DNA from: an uncultured Candidatus Pelagibacter sp.
GTDB lineage: Bacteria; Pseudomonadota; Alphaproteobacteria; Pelagibacterales; Pelagibacteraceae
Assembly: GCA_905618895.1 (NCBI GenBank)
Contig: CAJQTA010000004.1
Location: forward strand, 1,978-65,977
Reading direction: 5' to 3'
Length of the DNA: 64,000 bases
Below are positions 63,487 through 64,000 of this stretch, piece by piece (the first letter of the stretch is position 1; every line of letters begins with the position of its first letter). The position numbers and the translations under genes are program-made. Under the pieces are notes generated by a model. It was not told the origin of the DNA and did no database searches. It saw only the letters and a list, made by a program, of their open reading frames with translations.

Positions 63487-64000
63487 ATGGAAGATAACAA
63501 TATTTTAGCTGTTGTGCTAGCAGGTGGAAAATCGAAGAGATTTGGTGAAGATAAAAATCATATAAAACTCGGTGATAAAACATTGCTAGAGCATGTTTTA
63601 TCTAAAATTGGTAATAAATTTGAAGAGATACTTATTGTCTCAAGCCATAGTTTAAAAATACAAAAGATAAAAAATGTAACTGTAATTCCAGATTGTCTTG
63701 ATAATCTTGGTCCATTAGCAGGAGTTCTAAGTTCAATGAAGTGGGTTAAAGAAAATAAAAAATCATATCAGTGGATTGCAACATTTCCATCAGACACACC
63801 TTTCTTTGAAACATCAATTATTGAAGAATATAAAAAAAAAATTAAACTAAATGAAAGTTTATTATATTTTGTTAAATCAAATAACAAAAGACACAATATT
63901 TTTGGACTGTGGTCAATTAATTTGTTAAAAACACTGGAAAACGATCTGATTAAAAATAAGTTTAGAAAAGTTGAAGAATGGGCAAACAAGATAGGATTAA
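63487..64000 (+). CDS. mobA: Molybdenum cofactor guanylyltransferase, 5' part; runs off the window
   Basis: Not in the ORF track. Manual translation: MEDNNILAVVLAGGKSKRFGEDK...GPLAGV...PSDTPF. Confidence 0.92.
   Translation, partial: MEDNNILAVVLAGGKSKRFGEDKNHIKLGDKTLLEHVLSKIGNKFEEILIVSSHSLKIQKIKNVTVIPDCLDNLGPLAGVLSSMKWVKENKKSYQWIATFPSDTPFFETSIIEEYKKKIKLNESLLYFVKSNNKRHNIFGLWSINLLKTLENDLIKNKFRKVEEWANKIGL

Noticed and set aside
63768-63989. 73-aa minus-strand ORF
   Set aside because: Antisense shadow of mobA.

Overview
AT-rich, very gene-dense alphaproteobacterial chromosome segment. Gene content, minimal spacers and the gcvT glycine riboswitch point to SAR11/Pelagibacterales (inference, no search run). 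1-16 kb is core: mrp (partial), hflKC, degP-like protease, miaA, ilvBNC, leuA, mreBCD-mrdA-rodA. 16-23 kb is a variable block: a DadA-family oxidase, grxC, a passenger-less inverse-autotransporter barrel next to a secreted protein, msrB and a beta-barrel OMP, with an inverted remnant of the dadA 3' end closing the block. 23-45 kb holds a Liv-type ABC transporter, a trigonelline (tgn)-like catabolic operon, allantoin catabolism genes and 5-oxoprolinase pxpABC. 45-64 kb holds riboswitch-led gcvTHP, a ufaD/ufaO/ufaM-like lipid-modification cluster, tspO, selO and a formate dehydrogenase cluster ending in partial mobA. No rRNA, tRNA, CRISPR array or mobile element was seen. Best leads: (1) a duplicated bipartite motif with a variable hairpin upstream of the regulator-less tgn-like operon, a candidate new cis-regulatory RNA; (2) the tgn-like operon itself, whose oxygenase looks divergent; (3) the split inverse-autotransporter/secreted protein pair; (4) the inverted dadA scar; (5) an unannotated 22-aa membrane peptide. 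All family assignments come from motif recognition by eye.
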